From sequence record NC_015251.1: 64,000 bases of DNA; one strand, written 5' to 3'. Of this stretch, positions 28,017-37,544 are shown piece after piece. Numbering within the stretch: position 1 is the stretch's first letter; the number at the start of each line of letters is the position of its first letter. The notes beneath the pieces are model-generated. The model was not told where the DNA came from and made no database searches. It was given only the letters and a program-made list of their open reading frames with translations. The translations under genes were made by a program, and so were the position numbers.

Positions 28017-28595
28017 TTATTTTTTCACATACCAAGGAACAAGAATATCCCTAACATCGATAGTTTTTTCTTCACCGGTACTGGTTCGGATTACGATATT
28101 ATGAAAATTAGTATAACACTCTGATGTATCTTTGATAACAGTCACAAGCTCACCATTATACAAAACTTCTTTTACCAACATCTGGCCGGTGTAACCAATT
28201 GGATACCCTTCACCCATTTCCTCTTCCAGATCCATCGAATTAAACTCTTGAATCTCTTCTGGGTCATCAATGGAACGAATGTAAGAAAGAACGTTCATTG
28301 CAGACGATTTATCTTTCCATTCGATGTGTTCATCACACTTTCGACCGGCTTGGGTTGACAATGCAACAAATTGATCATCAAGAAAATACAAACGAATACC
28401 AACATAAGTATCAGTACAATAATGATTTGCTGCCCAATAACATTTTAGGCGAATATTATCATCTGGTTGTTTGAGGCTCCAACTATTAGCAGAGTAATTC
28501 AATTCGTTACAAAATAATTCAAGATTCCAACGAATGGAAGTTTCTTCATTTTGCTCACTTTTATCTACATTGTTGATCAGATCAATTAGTTTCAT
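28017..28595 (-). CDS. conserved phage hypothetical protein
   Basis: LKCYW..HYCTDTYVGIRLYFLDDQFVALSTQAGRKCDE. Confidence 0.75.
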   Translation of the reverse strand: MKLIDLINNVDKSEQNEETSIRWNLELFCNELNYSANSWSLKQPDDNIRLKCYWAANHYCTDTYVGIRLYFLDDQFVALSTQAGRKCDEHIEWKDKSSAMNVLSYIRSIDDPEEIQEFNSMDLEEEMGEGYPIGYTGQMLVKEVLYNGELVTVIKDTSECYTNFHNIVIRTSTGEEKTIDVRDILVPWYVKK

Positions 28596-28623
28596 AATTA
28601 CTTTCCTCTATTGGTAGATACAC

Positions 28624-28652
28624 ATTATCTTATGGTTACAACTAACTGTCAA
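28624..28652 (-). promoter_or_regulatory. early promoter
   Basis: TTGACA-17-GATAAT. Confidence 0.7.
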
Positions 28653-29117
28653 CTAGATTTCCAAATTTATTTGTTCTGATTGATAATAATCTTCGTATCC
28701 AATTTCAGTATGTATCCGAATACATGGACCATCAGCCCCATTTTCCATAGTTACATCAGTCACAAAACAACCATCCCACATAGTTTTACCAATAAGATAA
28801 TCGCATAGAATACTTTTTGCGGTTATTGGTGTATCATCAACAATCCAATACCAGTCTGTTGGTGCGATATTTCTATCATACCCAGCAAGCGCAGGATCAT
28901 CATTTTTGTGAATGGGATCTAATGTAATGGTTTTATCATAATGTTCTTGATTAACACCCACATAATCTCTTATATGTGAAATTGTAGCGTACAAATCACC
29001 CCATGCACAAATTCTCATACCAATTTCTAAATCTTTACCTAGAACAATTTTAGTTTTCATTTCCATGCTCCTGTACATATTGGATAGTGTCCCATAAGGT
29101 AGCTTTAACGATATCAC
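28653..29117 (-). CDS. hypothetical protein, paralog of 26242-26628
   Basis: Likely start near 29060; shared N- and C-terminal motifs. Confidence 0.7.
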   Translation of the reverse strand: MISLKLPYGTLSNMYRSMEMKTKIVLGKDLEIGMRICAWGDLYATISHIRDYVGVNQEHYDKTITLDPIHKNDDPALAGYDRNIAPTDWYWIVDDTPITAKSILCDYLIGKTMWDGCFVTDVTMENGADGPCIRIHTEIGYEDYYQSEQINLEI

Positions 29118-29265
29118 ACTTGGTTATATATTTCAGAGAATTGATATTATTTACTTTCAATACTCGGGCATTTCCTGTCGGAGTATATTTCCATGCATTT
29201 AGAGATAAAAAGGAATCAACGAATTCCTCATTATCACCGCATTCGATTTTCATCAACCGTTCCAT
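29050..29265 (-). CDS. hypothetical protein
   Basis: Packed ORF. Confidence 0.55.
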   Translation of the reverse strand: MERLMKIECGDNEEFVDSFLSLNAWKYTPTGNARVLKVNNINSLKYITKCDIVKATLWDTIQYVQEHGNEN

Positions 29266-29565
29266 TTAAAAATCGAGTCCTTCTACTTTATTGTCTATAT
29301 TAAAAACATATACATCTCGGTATGGATGATCGTCACCAACAAAAAGAATGAATCCATCTTTCTCTTTATTATATGTTCCGTATATTTCGAAAGAATAAAC
29401 CCCATTATCATTTTCTGGGTCTTCCCATAAAATTGTGCGATCTCCATAAGAGGTACACCACTTAGCGTCAGGGAAAAATCGAATATTCCAATGGATATCA
29501 ACACCAAAAAACTTTTCAAATACGTTTATTTCATTGGTGATTTTATCAAAACTTTGCTTTAACAT
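29266..29565 (-). CDS. hypothetical protein
   Basis: GAGGA RBS. Confidence 0.7.
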   Translation of the reverse strand: MLKQSFDKITNEINVFEKFFGVDIHWNIRFFPDAKWCTSYGDRTILWEDPENDNGVYSFEIYGTYNKEKDGFILFVGDDHPYRDVYVFNIDNKVEGLDF

Positions 29566-29575
29566 TTGAATTTCC

Positions 29576-30034
29576 TCAACCGTTCCATTTAAGATATTTT
29601 CCTTCTTTCAGAAGATCTTTAGCGATACCGACAGTCTCGCTCATAACATCTTCCAAACATCCTTTTAAATATCCTTTCCAACCATCTTGTCCTACAGTAC
29701 CACAACAAATCTCAACATGCCATGAATTTGTTTCATTAAATTTGGAAATTGATATATTGTGGTTATCTGGATGATATGGTTTGAAAATACCGTTTATATA
29801 ATATAGATTTTTATCTCCATCACGAATCCATTCCGGATCATTACAAAGATATTCCATGGTTTCTATTGACGCGATATGACAAGATATCTCAAATGCTTCC
29901 TGATCGCCCCAACTGTCCATAGCAGCCTCTATATCAGATTCTATAATATGTTCTATCTTGTCTGCAAGAGCTGGCGAGATATCATTGATAAGACGGATCA
30001 GCTCATCACGTTTCATATTGTTATACAGATACAT
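29576..30034 (-). CDS. hypothetical protein
   Basis: Packed ORF. Confidence 0.7.
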   Translation of the reverse strand: MYLYNNMKRDELIRLINDISPALADKIEHIIESDIEAAMDSWGDQEAFEISCHIASIETMEYLCNDPEWIRDGDKNLYYINGIFKPYHPDNHNISISKFNETNSWHVEICCGTVGQDGWKGYLKGCLEDVMSETVGIAKDLLKEGKYLKWNG

Positions 30035-30491
30035 TATTCTATCCTATATTTGAAACCAAACATTGCTACAGTCGGGATCACATCAATAACGATATCAAAA
30101 TTTGGTATCGGTGTATGAAAAGAAACTCAGCAGCAACAATAGGAATTATACCAGAGTTTCCCAACTCAAAGCTAGTTCCACTGTAAACATTATTTTCTCC
30201 AAAATGGGTCCCCTTCTTATATCCAGAAGCAAGCCCAAATCTATAACCAAGATCTACATATTCAGACTCATATAAATTATCAGAATAAGAAAGTTGTATT
30301 GACTTCGATTCTATTGAATTGGATTGAACGTAGATAACTGACATATTATCTACTTGTATGCCAATTGATGGATGAGTTTCATTCTGATTACCAGACTTGA
30401 AATGTTTACTAAATCCACCACCAATTAGGTATACATCGTTTGCAAATATTGCAGTTGATATAAGAGCGGTTGCCAATATCATATATTTCAT
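30034..30491 (-). CDS. putative exported outer-membrane beta-barrel protein (one-base frameshift near 30122)
   Basis: Signal peptide MKYMILATALISTAIFA; amphipathic strands; SKHF..NETHPSIG motif; adding one T gives C-terminus VAMFGFKYRIE. Confidence 0.6.
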
Positions 30492-30529
30492 TTTATTTCC
30501 TTTTAAGTGTAACAACGCTCTTATTTAAA

Positions 30530-30829
30530 TTAACTCTCTTGAACAACGGCCTTCAAAACGAAAGTTGATGGAACTTGAGCATCTTCAGGGGCGTTAACAA
30601 AATCGAAATCAGTCCAATCGATTGTCTTTTCGATAACCATTTCAGAAAATCCACCGGCCTTACTAAGGTCTTTCCGGATCTCCATCAATGTATTAATATC
30701 TTGATTGAACACACATACCATGTTCCGGCCTTCACACTTACCATCTACGTTATAGATGACTTGTACACGGTCAATGATATGACCACGGGAAGCGAACAGG
30801 TTTTTGAACTTGATAGCGATATCTTTCAT
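30530..30829 (-). CDS. hypothetical protein
   Basis: AAGGAG RBS inside a repeated cassette. Confidence 0.75.
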   Translation of the reverse strand: MKDIAIKFKNLFASRGHIIDRVQVIYNVDGKCEGRNMVCVFNQDINTLMEIRKDLSKAGGFSEMVIEKTIDWTDFDFVNAPEDAQVPSTFVLKAVVQES

Positions 30830-30836
30830 GGGTAAC

Positions 30837-30887
30837 TCCTTTTGTTTCGACAAAGAGAGTATCCCACAAACTGGGATACTCTGTCAA
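30837..30887 (-). promoter_or_regulatory. promoter/stem-loop cassette with leader and RBS
   Basis: TTGACA-18-GATACT; about 50 bp nearly identical to 60168-60218. Confidence 0.85.
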
Positions 30888-30892
30888 ACTTT

Positions 30893-31168
30893 TTATTCGG
30901 AAACCACGAAATACTTCAGATCGAACCATTGGTAAAAATATGGTTCGTTTGTGCTTGAATTCAAAGTGTCATCACTCCAATCGTCAGTGTCTGGGTTAAA
31001 TTCCAGAATATCATCATCAACAAACTCATACATACCTGAGCATGGGATAAATCCACTGCTCGAAATTCCAGTAGCAACAAACTTACCCTTTGGCATTTCT
31101 TTTACTTCAACTAGTTTCATATTAAGCCCTTTCTGTTTCAAAACAACGATTATTTGGTTTATCTTCAC
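30893..31168 (-). CDS. hypothetical protein
   Basis: Packed ORF. Confidence 0.65.
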   Translation of the reverse strand: MKINQIIVVLKQKGLNMKLVEVKEMPKGKFVATGISSSGFIPCSGMYEFVDDDILEFNPDTDDWSDDTLNSSTNEPYFYQWFDLKYFVVSE

Positions 31169-31697
31169 TCAAAGATCCAAACTTAATGATCCACGCCACA
31201 CCTTTATATTTTACCGCGAAAGTGTGGAAATAATAATTAAATTCAGTTCCACTTTCAACCATTTCTCTTGAAGAAACTGAATGGTAGATTAGATCAATAA
31301 TCTCATACTTTATAGCGGATTCAAATTGCTCTGCATGTTGGAATGGAAACACATCTACATCTGTTCCTATTGCACTCATATATTCATGAGTGTACATCCA
31401 CTTCAATCCATCACAAACGTGGTTGTCATGATCCTCAATGTACATAAATTGTTTAATTGGTAGCCCATAATCATCAAACATTTCATCACAATCGTAATCA
31501 AAATATTTGGTTACTACCTTTGAAAGGTCTAGTTCTTCACCTTCTGGGATTCCTACACAAACAACGCCACTATACATCTCATCATCAACAAAATCAAAAG
31601 ATGAACTTCTTGCCCACCAATTAATTTCCAATCCCGGTAACGGTAGGGGATCAACCCCTACCTCATATACATTAATTGTTTTCAATATAATCACCAA
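31122..31697 (-). CDS. hypothetical protein
   Basis: 191-aa ORF; 3' end may be frameshifted. Confidence 0.65.
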   Translation of the reverse strand: MVIILKTINVYEVGVDPLPLPGLEINWWARSSSFDFVDDEMYSGVVCVGIPEGEELDLSKVVTKYFDYDCDEMFDDYGLPIKQFMYIEDHDNHVCDGLKWMYTHEYMSAIGTDVDVFPFQHAEQFESAIKYEIIDLIYHSVSSREMVESGTEFNYYFHTFAVKYKGVAWIIKFGSLSEDKPNNRCFETERA

Positions 31698-32358
31698 TGA
31701 TTGATTTTAGGTTTTTCTTTGCGGTCTTAAGTTTGTGTTCAATCCCATCTAATACCAGTTCAGCATCAAATCGTTCTTTGTCTAGCTGTTTAATCTTCTT
31801 CATCAGTTCAACAACCTGACCCTCATCAGTTCCCATATCCGAGGAAACGACTGGAACAACCGCACGGGTTTCTGGCTTTTTGGAACGTGGTTTTACTGGC
31901 TTAGGTTCAATATCTTGATTACGAAGGATTTCATAGTTAAGACCACTGACACTATAGACGATACCCAACTTACGAAGGAATGGATTTAATCCGGTTTTTG
32001 GACGAATTACAATGATAAACGGTCCATGATTTTTAATATCAGACCAAATGTTGGTATATAAAAATCCATTTTCTTTCATAAATCGATAGATACGAATACC
32101 AATACCGCTTCCATGTCTGTCTAGATATTTTATGTGTTCTGTATCATATGAAGTGTTAAAACAAGAAACAAACTCGCTGAAGTTATTTCCTTGCAGCAAC
32201 CAACGTTTAATAACACGGCGATCTTGAACTTTACGGCGAGAGTGTTTAGCAGTAGATCGAATTGTTGCTTTTCCTGAACTCATATTATTCCCCTTTTTTC
32301 CAGTCTTGAACAGCTTGATTGAATGCCAGATCGTTGTAACCGGTTTGGTTCCATTCAT
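31672..32358 (-). CDS. basic protein with C-terminal coiled coil
   Basis: Likely start MSSGK near 32283. Confidence 0.7.
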   Translation of the reverse strand: MNGTKPVTTIWHSIKLFKTGKKGNNMSSGKATIRSTAKHSRRKVQDRRVIKRWLLQGNNFSEFVSCFNTSYDTEHIKYLDRHGSGIGIRIYRFMKENGFLYTNIWSDIKNHGPFIIVIRPKTGLNPFLRKLGIVYSVSGLNYEILRNQDIEPKPVKPRSKKPETRAVVPVVSSDMGTDEGQVVELMKKIKQLDKERFDAELVLDGIEHKLKTAKKNLKSIIGDYIENN

Positions 32359-32722
32359 CTCTAATGTAATCGACAGTCAATTCAGTTTCAAGACATTTAA
32401 CTGAAGCAACTACAAAATCCCGTTCGGAATAGGTTTCTGGGCTCTCATACAGAACACCATTCAAAAGAACCACAATATCATATGGTTCTGGTACATTGAG
32501 ATTGGTAGCCCACAAACGAGGATGGAGTTTGAAACTATTTTCAAACTCCACGTTTCCGTAATAATCGATGGAAAGTGTACCGGATTCGTCTTTGAAAATA
32601 TCAGGATTACCACGTTCAAATTCGTAGTGTTCCAACTCACGAATCGGATTCAGAAGACCGGTAATGATCGAGATATTTTGTGTTTCCATGAATTCGTTAT
32701 AGATATATTTGATATTTTTCAT
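32285..32722 (-). CDS. hypothetical protein
   Basis: GAGGA RBS. Confidence 0.7.
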   Translation of the reverse strand: MKNIKYIYNEFMETQNISIITGLLNPIRELEHYEFERGNPDIFKDESGTLSIDYYGNVEFENSFKLHPRLWATNLNVPEPYDIVVLLNGVLYESPETYSERDFVVASVKCLETELTVDYIRDEWNQTGYNDLAFNQAVQDWKKGE

Positions 32723-32910
32723 AATTTCCTCTTACAAAATAAAGTAAAGAACAACACCAACAATAACAGCACAAATCCAATTCTCTTTGTACTTCTCGAT
32801 TTTGAACATAGTACGGCGAAGGGCGAAAGAAAAGTGAGTCATAATTATTTCCTTTTTGATGTGTCGTTTCAATATGGATATATTACCAGAACTACGGACC
32901 AACGCAAGTA

Positions 32911-33231
32911 TTATTTCTTGGAACGAAGGAACTCACGCATTTCTTTAGCAGAGAAAACATAAGTCACTTTACCATCCTCATAAGTTTTCTTGGTGATGGT
33001 AAAAGTACCGGTCTGGCCTTTCTTAGCATTGTAATACCAGTTATGTTTACCAACGTTGCGGTTGTTCAACTCGATACCAGATTCGGTTTTGATACTAATA
33101 CGCTGATCATCTTTAAAAGTTTTGACGAACTTGGTCACGGTGGCAGTTTCAACGAAAGATTCGGTGTTAACAACTTTGTTACAACCAACCAGAGCGAACA
33201 GAGCGAAGACAACAACCAGCAGCTTTTTCAT
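32911..33231 (-). CDS. lipoprotein, paralog of 34889-35209
   Basis: MKKLLVVVFALFALVGC lipobox. Confidence 0.8.
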   Translation of the reverse strand: MKKLLVVVFALFALVGCNKVVNTESFVETATVTKFVKTFKDDQRISIKTESGIELNNRNVGKHNWYYNAKKGQTGTFTITKKTYEDGKVTYVFSAKEMREFLRSKK

Positions 33232-33262
33232 TTCGTTTTCCGTGTTTCGTTTCGATGTAGGT

Positions 33263-33299
33263 ATAATAGCAAAGGGCTTATCCGAAGACAAGCCCTTTT
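33263..33299 (-). promoter_or_regulatory. promoter/terminator cassette with C(UUCG)G hairpin
   Basis: AAAGGGCTTGTC-TTCG-GATAAGCCCTTT holds the -35 TTGTCT; 17 bp; TATTAT; sister of 41685-41720. Confidence 0.8.
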
Positions 33300-33313
33300 A
33301 AAACTATTTTCAA

Positions 33314-34138
33314 TCAATCGTGAAGTTTCGGACGCTGGATTACAGTCTGGTTAGTACCTTTATACTCTTCATGAGCTTTGATACTGAATGACATTACACC
33401 AGTCTCTCCTTTATGGGGAATGGAGTTCAAAGAGCTACCCATATATTTGAAACTGCGACCTTCTGAGTCAACCATCACCGCGATGTAAACAGCGTAATCG
33501 TTATAGAACTGAGGAGCCTTCACACACATTACAAATGTGGTAGTCAATTCCATTTTCTTCACACGGTCACCAACAGCACCGAAGAATTCATTCTTTGCAT
33601 TCATCTTGAACTGGTGATCCGCAATTCCATTCTCAATAGCGGTCTTTTGAGCCTCAGACATAGAGCAGTAATGGCAGCAAGATTCTACAATCTCTTCAAT
33701 CCACTCATAACCAGTAGCCAGACCAGCATCAAACAATTCTTTGTGAGTGTCAAAGTAAGCTTCTCGCTTGGCATCCCATTCAATCTGTGCGGCCTTCTGA
33801 GCAACTTCTTTATCAGTCAACCCACCATTACGTTCCCGCTCTGCTTCGTTGCGCTTACGAGTTTCTAGGGCCTTCTGTGCGTTATTAAAAGCCTTACGTT
33901 CGGCCTTGACAGCATCAATCAATTTAGTGTCATTGGTATAGTTCACACACTCACAACCAACAACAAATTTCTGACCATTTGCATCATGGATCATGTAGTT
34001 GTAAATGATACCAGTACCACAAACATGACAAGAGCCAGCACCATAACCTTGAGGAAGCGCAGCATAATCTTGCATAGTAGCAGTATCCTTGTTTGGCATT
34101 TTGAACATACCAACACAACGGAAAGGAGCCTTTACCAT
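33314..34138 (-). CDS. phage protein with N-terminal CxxC motifs and C-terminal OB-fold-like domain
   Basis: GSCHVCGTGI..FVVGCECV; FFGAVGDRV..MVDSEGRSF..IKAHEEYKGTNQTVIQRPK. Confidence 0.75.
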   Translation of the reverse strand: MVKAPFRCVGMFKMPNKDTATMQDYAALPQGYGAGSCHVCGTGIIYNYMIHDANGQKFVVGCECVNYTNDTKLIDAVKAERKAFNNAQKALETRKRNEAERERNGGLTDKEVAQKAAQIEWDAKREAYFDTHKELFDAGLATGYEWIEEIVESCCHYCSMSEAQKTAIENGIADHQFKMNAKNEFFGAVGDRVKKMELTTTFVMCVKAPQFYNDYAVYIAVMVDSEGRSFKYMGSSLNSIPHKGETGVMSFSIKAHEEYKGTNQTVIQRPKLHD

Positions 34139-34208
34139 GACCTTGAGATTCCCACTTGTTCATTTCCATGATTCATTCCTCAAAAGTTATGTCCCAATCG
34201 ACAAAACA

Positions 34209-34238
34209 AGTATCCCACATATGAGATACCCCAGTCAA
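34209..34238 (-). promoter_or_regulatory. early promoter cassette
   Basis: TTGACT-18-GATACT; imperfect GTATC inverted repeat. Confidence 0.75.
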
Positions 34239-34241
34239 CAA

Positions 34242-34490
34242 TTATTTTTCAACTATATCGAAGAACTGACTTTCGGTTTCTACACATATATAGAAATAAA
34301 TTGTGCTTGGATCCCAACAAGCGTCAAGACCGATATCAATGTTCCACCAAGTTTTTCCATCATCACATGTGTCTATGTAATCAACGTCAAATGTTCCATC
34401 AAAGTTGATTACATCCATCAATTTTTTATTTGTTGGATCCATTGCCAAGAACTGATCTTTATGTTCATCCGATTTAAATTTAATTATCAT
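34242..34490 (-). CDS. MKIKFKS-family protein
   Basis: MIIKFKSDEHK..FFDIVEK. Confidence 0.75.
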   Translation of the reverse strand: MIIKFKSDEHKDQFLAMDPTNKKLMDVINFDGTFDVDYIDTCDDGKTWWNIDIGLDACWDPSTIYFYICVETESQFFDIVEK

Positions 34491-34513
34491 AAAACCTCTT
34501 AAGATATAAACAC

Positions 34514-34885
34514 CTAAATCCAAAAATCTTTCTTTTCTACCACTTCATGGGTTTCAACAACAAGATAAGTTTTCATCATAGCATTGATGAGTTTCACAGT
34601 AGCATCCCGAGACAAATCAGCCTTTCGGATATTGTAAAGCTTCCAGTAGATAAGATAACTATAAACTTTATTATACCGTTGATGACTACCAAGACGATAC
34701 ATAGTACAAGTATCAAAAGCAACCCAAGGTTTGAACTCAATACCAAACCCATGAGTCTTTAACCACTTCTTAATAGAATCCTGCTCTTTAAAGAATCGAT
34801 TTTCTGTATAGACAACAAACACGATCCAACAGATAAGACCAACAACAAACAGACAAATCAAAGTTGAAACTATAATCTGGGTCAT
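34514..34885 (-). CDS. membrane-anchored protein
   Basis: N-terminal TM. Confidence 0.7.
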   Translation of the reverse strand: MTQIIVSTLICLFVVGLICWIVFVVYTENRFFKEQDSIKKWLKTHGFGIEFKPWVAFDTCTMYRLGSHQRYNKVYSYLIYWKLYNIRKADLSRDATVKLINAMMKTYLVVETHEVVEKKDFWI

Positions 34886-34888
34886 AAT

Positions 34889-35209
34889 TTATTTCCTCAA
34901 GAAATCTTTAGTTTGACTACGGTCAATATTATAAGTCACATCACCATCATCCCAAACAGCTTTAGTAACATTCACATTAAACTTATCACCAACCTGAGCA
35001 GCACATCCACTACATCGTTTAGCTACATACTGGTCAATAACAATACCATCAGAAGTACGAACTACAATCCTTTGATGTTTATAACGCTTCTCAAAGGAAG
35101 TAACAACGACATTATCACTATAAGTATTTTCACTAATAACTTTAGGAAAATTAGGAAAACACCCAGACAACAATACCACACTAACAAGAGAAATACACCA
35201 TAGCTTCAT
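34889..35209 (-). CDS. lipoprotein, paralog of 32911-33231
   Basis: LLSGC lipobox; QRIVVRTSDG..DGDVTY vs QRISIKTESG..DGKVTY. Confidence 0.8.
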   Translation of the reverse strand: MKLWCISLVSVVLLSGCFPNFPKVISENTYSDNVVVTSFEKRYKHQRIVVRTSDGIVIDQYVAKRCSGCAAQVGDKFNVNVTKAVWDDGDVTYNIDRSQTKDFLRK

Positions 35210-35487
35210 ACAATATTCCTCGCTTGATAAGCGTCATAAGTATCTAGCCAATTGTAATGATCTAGACCATAACCATCAGCAACCAGAACAACACCCTCAA
35301 GAGGTTTCCAGTAATTGGCATCAGTAATAAGTTCCTCAACCATATTCCAATTCTCACTATGGATATAAGTCATCAGAGCTTGATGATAAAGCATATTAGT
35401 ATGGCTAGGAGTAGTTCGACTACGTTCTTCAGCAGCACCAATAAAAGCTTCCGGATTCTCTTTGATATATTGCAAAATAGTTTTCAT
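35206..35487 (-). CDS. hypothetical protein
   Basis: GGAG RBS. Confidence 0.7.
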   Translation of the reverse strand: MKTILQYIKENPEAFIGAAEERSRTTPSHTNMLYHQALMTYIHSENWNMVEELITDANYWKPLEGVVLVADGYGLDHYNWLDTYDAYQARNIV

Positions 35488-35490
35488 AAT

Positions 35491-35826
35491 TTAATCTCCG
35501 AATACATTATCAAAATCAGGATGACCCCAACCTTGTACATCTTCTTTATTGATATTAACCAACCCAATGATATCTGTACAGCACTTTTTGATATATTCTT
35601 TATCATTAGTCCAAAACTCAACCATCACCCAAGTTGAAGTAGAGGCCGGATCCCAACCTTGAAGAAACATCTTATCACTAACATAGTTACGAACTTTCCA
35701 CATATCATCATGAGAAAGACCCATAATCTGGATATTGATATTCTTATCGCTCATCTCAAACTTATCATATAGAGCAGCAACAGTAACACCATTCTTAGCA
35801 TCACGAAAGTTATAAAGCTTTCTCAT
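35491..35826 (-). CDS. hypothetical protein
   Basis: AAGGAG RBS; promoter upstream. Confidence 0.75.
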   Translation of the reverse strand: MRKLYNFRDAKNGVTVAALYDKFEMSDKNINIQIMGLSHDDMWKVRNYVSDKMFLQGWDPASTSTWVMVEFWTNDKEYIKKCCTDIIGLVNINKEDVQGWGHPDFDNVFGD

Positions 35827-35852
35827 ATCTATCTCCTTAAGTCAGTAAAGAT

Positions 35853-35881
35853 ATGGTACACCAACGATAAAAATGAATCAA
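35853..35881 (-). promoter_or_regulatory. early promoter
   Basis: TTGATT-17-TACCAT with TG. Confidence 0.6.
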
Positions 35882-36076
35882 ACATTTTCTTTCTAGAATC
35901 AAACATTCGGTTTATGAAATAAAACATTTTGATTTATACAAAATTAGTTGCCGTTTAAAAATATGTGGATAAATGTTAAAAGAAACCCAGTAATAGCGCG
36001 GGATAGAGGGATAAACACACATTGCACTATAATGGTGCAAAACTATGAAAAACCCCTCGTTACACCGAATGATGTT

Positions 36077-36280
36077 TTAACAATTTGGCATAAAGTCGAA
36101 ATCACCATGGAAACGGTCATGATAGACGTAAACCGCTCCCGAAATGTCTCTATAGATATCCATTCCAGTAGTAGACGAAATATCAACATTTTCCAATGAT
36201 AAGATTGGGTCGATAAGATTTGTCTTTGGATTCGCATAACCTTTATCAACGAAAGCGAAATAAATTGTTCTGATATCCAT
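36077..36280 (-). CDS. hypothetical protein
   Basis: GGAG RBS. Confidence 0.65.
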   Translation of the reverse strand: MDIRTIYFAFVDKGYANPKTNLIDPILSLENVDISSTTGMDIYRDISGAVYVYHDRFHGDFDFMPNC

Positions 36281-36282
36281 TC

Positions 36283-36519
36283 TTATTCTCCATCAATGAT
36301 AATGTATTGGCGCTCGTCCATCAAGAATACACCAGCATAAAGAAACCGAGGATTAAACTCTATACCATAACCATTCTCGTCTACTAGTTCTATCCATCCA
36401 TTGGAATGATTCACAGCTTCATGAACACCAAGGCCCATGTATTCAGCGATAGCCGCATTAGCTACTGATAGAGAAGCAAAAGCGATCCTATCATCTTCTG
36501 ATTTGAATTTAATCTTCAT
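36283..36519 (-). CDS. MKIKFKS-family protein
   Basis: MKIKFKSEDDRIAFAS..ANAAIAEYMGLG. Confidence 0.8.
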   Translation of the reverse strand: MKIKFKSEDDRIAFASLSVANAAIAEYMGLGVHEAVNHSNGWIELVDENGYGIEFNPRFLYAGVFLMDERQYIIIDGE

Positions 36520-36520
36520 A

Positions 36521-36916
36521 TCAATAATCCAGAATATCAAAAATGTCATTCTTTTTAGGAAGGGACTTTACATAGTCTGACCAGCGTTTGGCGGCCTTGT
36601 AGGTGTAGAAGGTTCGGTTATTTGAATTGCGATGACTACCACCAATCCCTGCATCGGTCAGGCTGAAATCATCAATGTAGCTATCTGAAGTAAACAATCC
36701 ACCAAATTTACTACTGAAGTATTTCCGACAGTTTACCCACATAGTACCATTGAGAACAGAAGCTTTTTTCTTGTATACGAATCGTTTGGCAGTGATTGCA
36801 AGTTTACTAATGATACCAGATGGACCACTCACACGATATACGGTCTGACCAGCACGAAGGGATTTAAGAGTTACAGTACCTTTAGCCATGATAATTCTCC
36901 TTTGGGTTTGTCTCAA
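36521..36916 (-). CDS. basic phage protein
   Basis: Likely start MAKG near 36889; GGAG RBS. Confidence 0.75.
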   Translation of the reverse strand: MRQTQRRIIMAKGTVTLKSLRAGQTVYRVSGPSGIISKLAITAKRFVYKKKASVLNGTMWVNCRKYFSSKFGGLFTSDSYIDDFSLTDAGIGGSHRNSNNRTFYTYKAAKRWSDYVKSLPKKNDIFDILDY

Positions 36917-36927
36917 TCAACAAAGCT

Positions 36928-36956
36928 ATTATTTCATAGCTGGTTCATTTGGTCAA
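36928..36956 (-). promoter_or_regulatory. early promoter
   Basis: TTGACC-17-AATAAT; AGCTAT/ATAGCT inverted repeat around -10. Confidence 0.65.
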
Positions 36957-36964
36957 TAGTTATT

Positions 36965-37189
36965 TTAAGGAATATTGATTTTCACAACATCATAATGGTC
37001 TGGGTCAATCTCAGTATAAAAATCAACATGAGTTCCATTCAATGAGTCTTGAACATCTAGTATAGCCTTTTCTGCATATACACAACCAAGATCATTCCCG
37101 TCATCATCAATCAGATAAACGTCTTCTCCACGAAATTCAATCACTGCCAAACGATTGGTATATTTATTTTTTAAAACATAGAGGTCCAT
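36965..37189 (-). CDS. hypothetical protein
   Basis: AAGGA RBS. Confidence 0.7.
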   Translation of the reverse strand: MDLYVLKNKYTNRLAVIEFRGEDVYLIDDDGNDLGCVYAEKAILDVQDSLNGTHVDFYTEIDPDHYDVVKINIP

Positions 37190-37210
37190 AATATTCCTTA
37201 GTAGTTGGTT

Positions 37211-37486
37211 CTACAACTTTTTCGCTTTCTTAAAATCGGCCTTGAATTCATCCACCATTTCCACGGGGATCATGTAACCACAACTGATACCCTCATCATA
37301 CACAGGACACAGGTCACAGTAGTCTTTCCATGTGATATTACGACCATCACCACGGACACCAATGACTATGGAATTCAGAGCGGTTTCAACAGCAACCAAA
37401 GCATCTTCACTATTATCGCGAATGGAAAAGCTCCACTGTCCACGATATTCACCGCCGAGGTTAATGCTTTCACGTTGAAGTTTCAT
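37211..37486 (-). CDS. hypothetical protein
   Basis: Promoter upstream. Confidence 0.75.
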   Translation of the reverse strand: MKLQRESINLGGEYRGQWSFSIRDNSEDALVAVETALNSIVIGVRGDGRNITWKDYCDLCPVYDEGISCGYMIPVEMVDEFKADFKKAKKL

Positions 37487-37508
37487 TCTGTTTTCCTTCT
37501 CAGTTGGT

Positions 37509-37544
37509 ATACATCCATATTACCAGACTGGATTATTGAGTCAA
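37509..37544 (-). repeat. 36-bp exact direct repeat / early promoter, copy 1
   Basis: TTGACT-16-TAATAT; identical to 37959-37994. Confidence 0.9.

Noticed and set aside
30830-30853. Shared MSKQKE N-terminus in ORFs 30530-30853 and 59897-60184 as a protein signal
   Set aside because: It is a translation of the repeated promoter leader and RBS; the real starts are downstream.
35882-36076. Non-coding RNA in the gap containing TTGCAC-TATAATG-GTGCAA
   Set aside because: Only a 6-bp stem, no second copy and no clear promoter-terminator pair; may be a short or frameshifted ORF.
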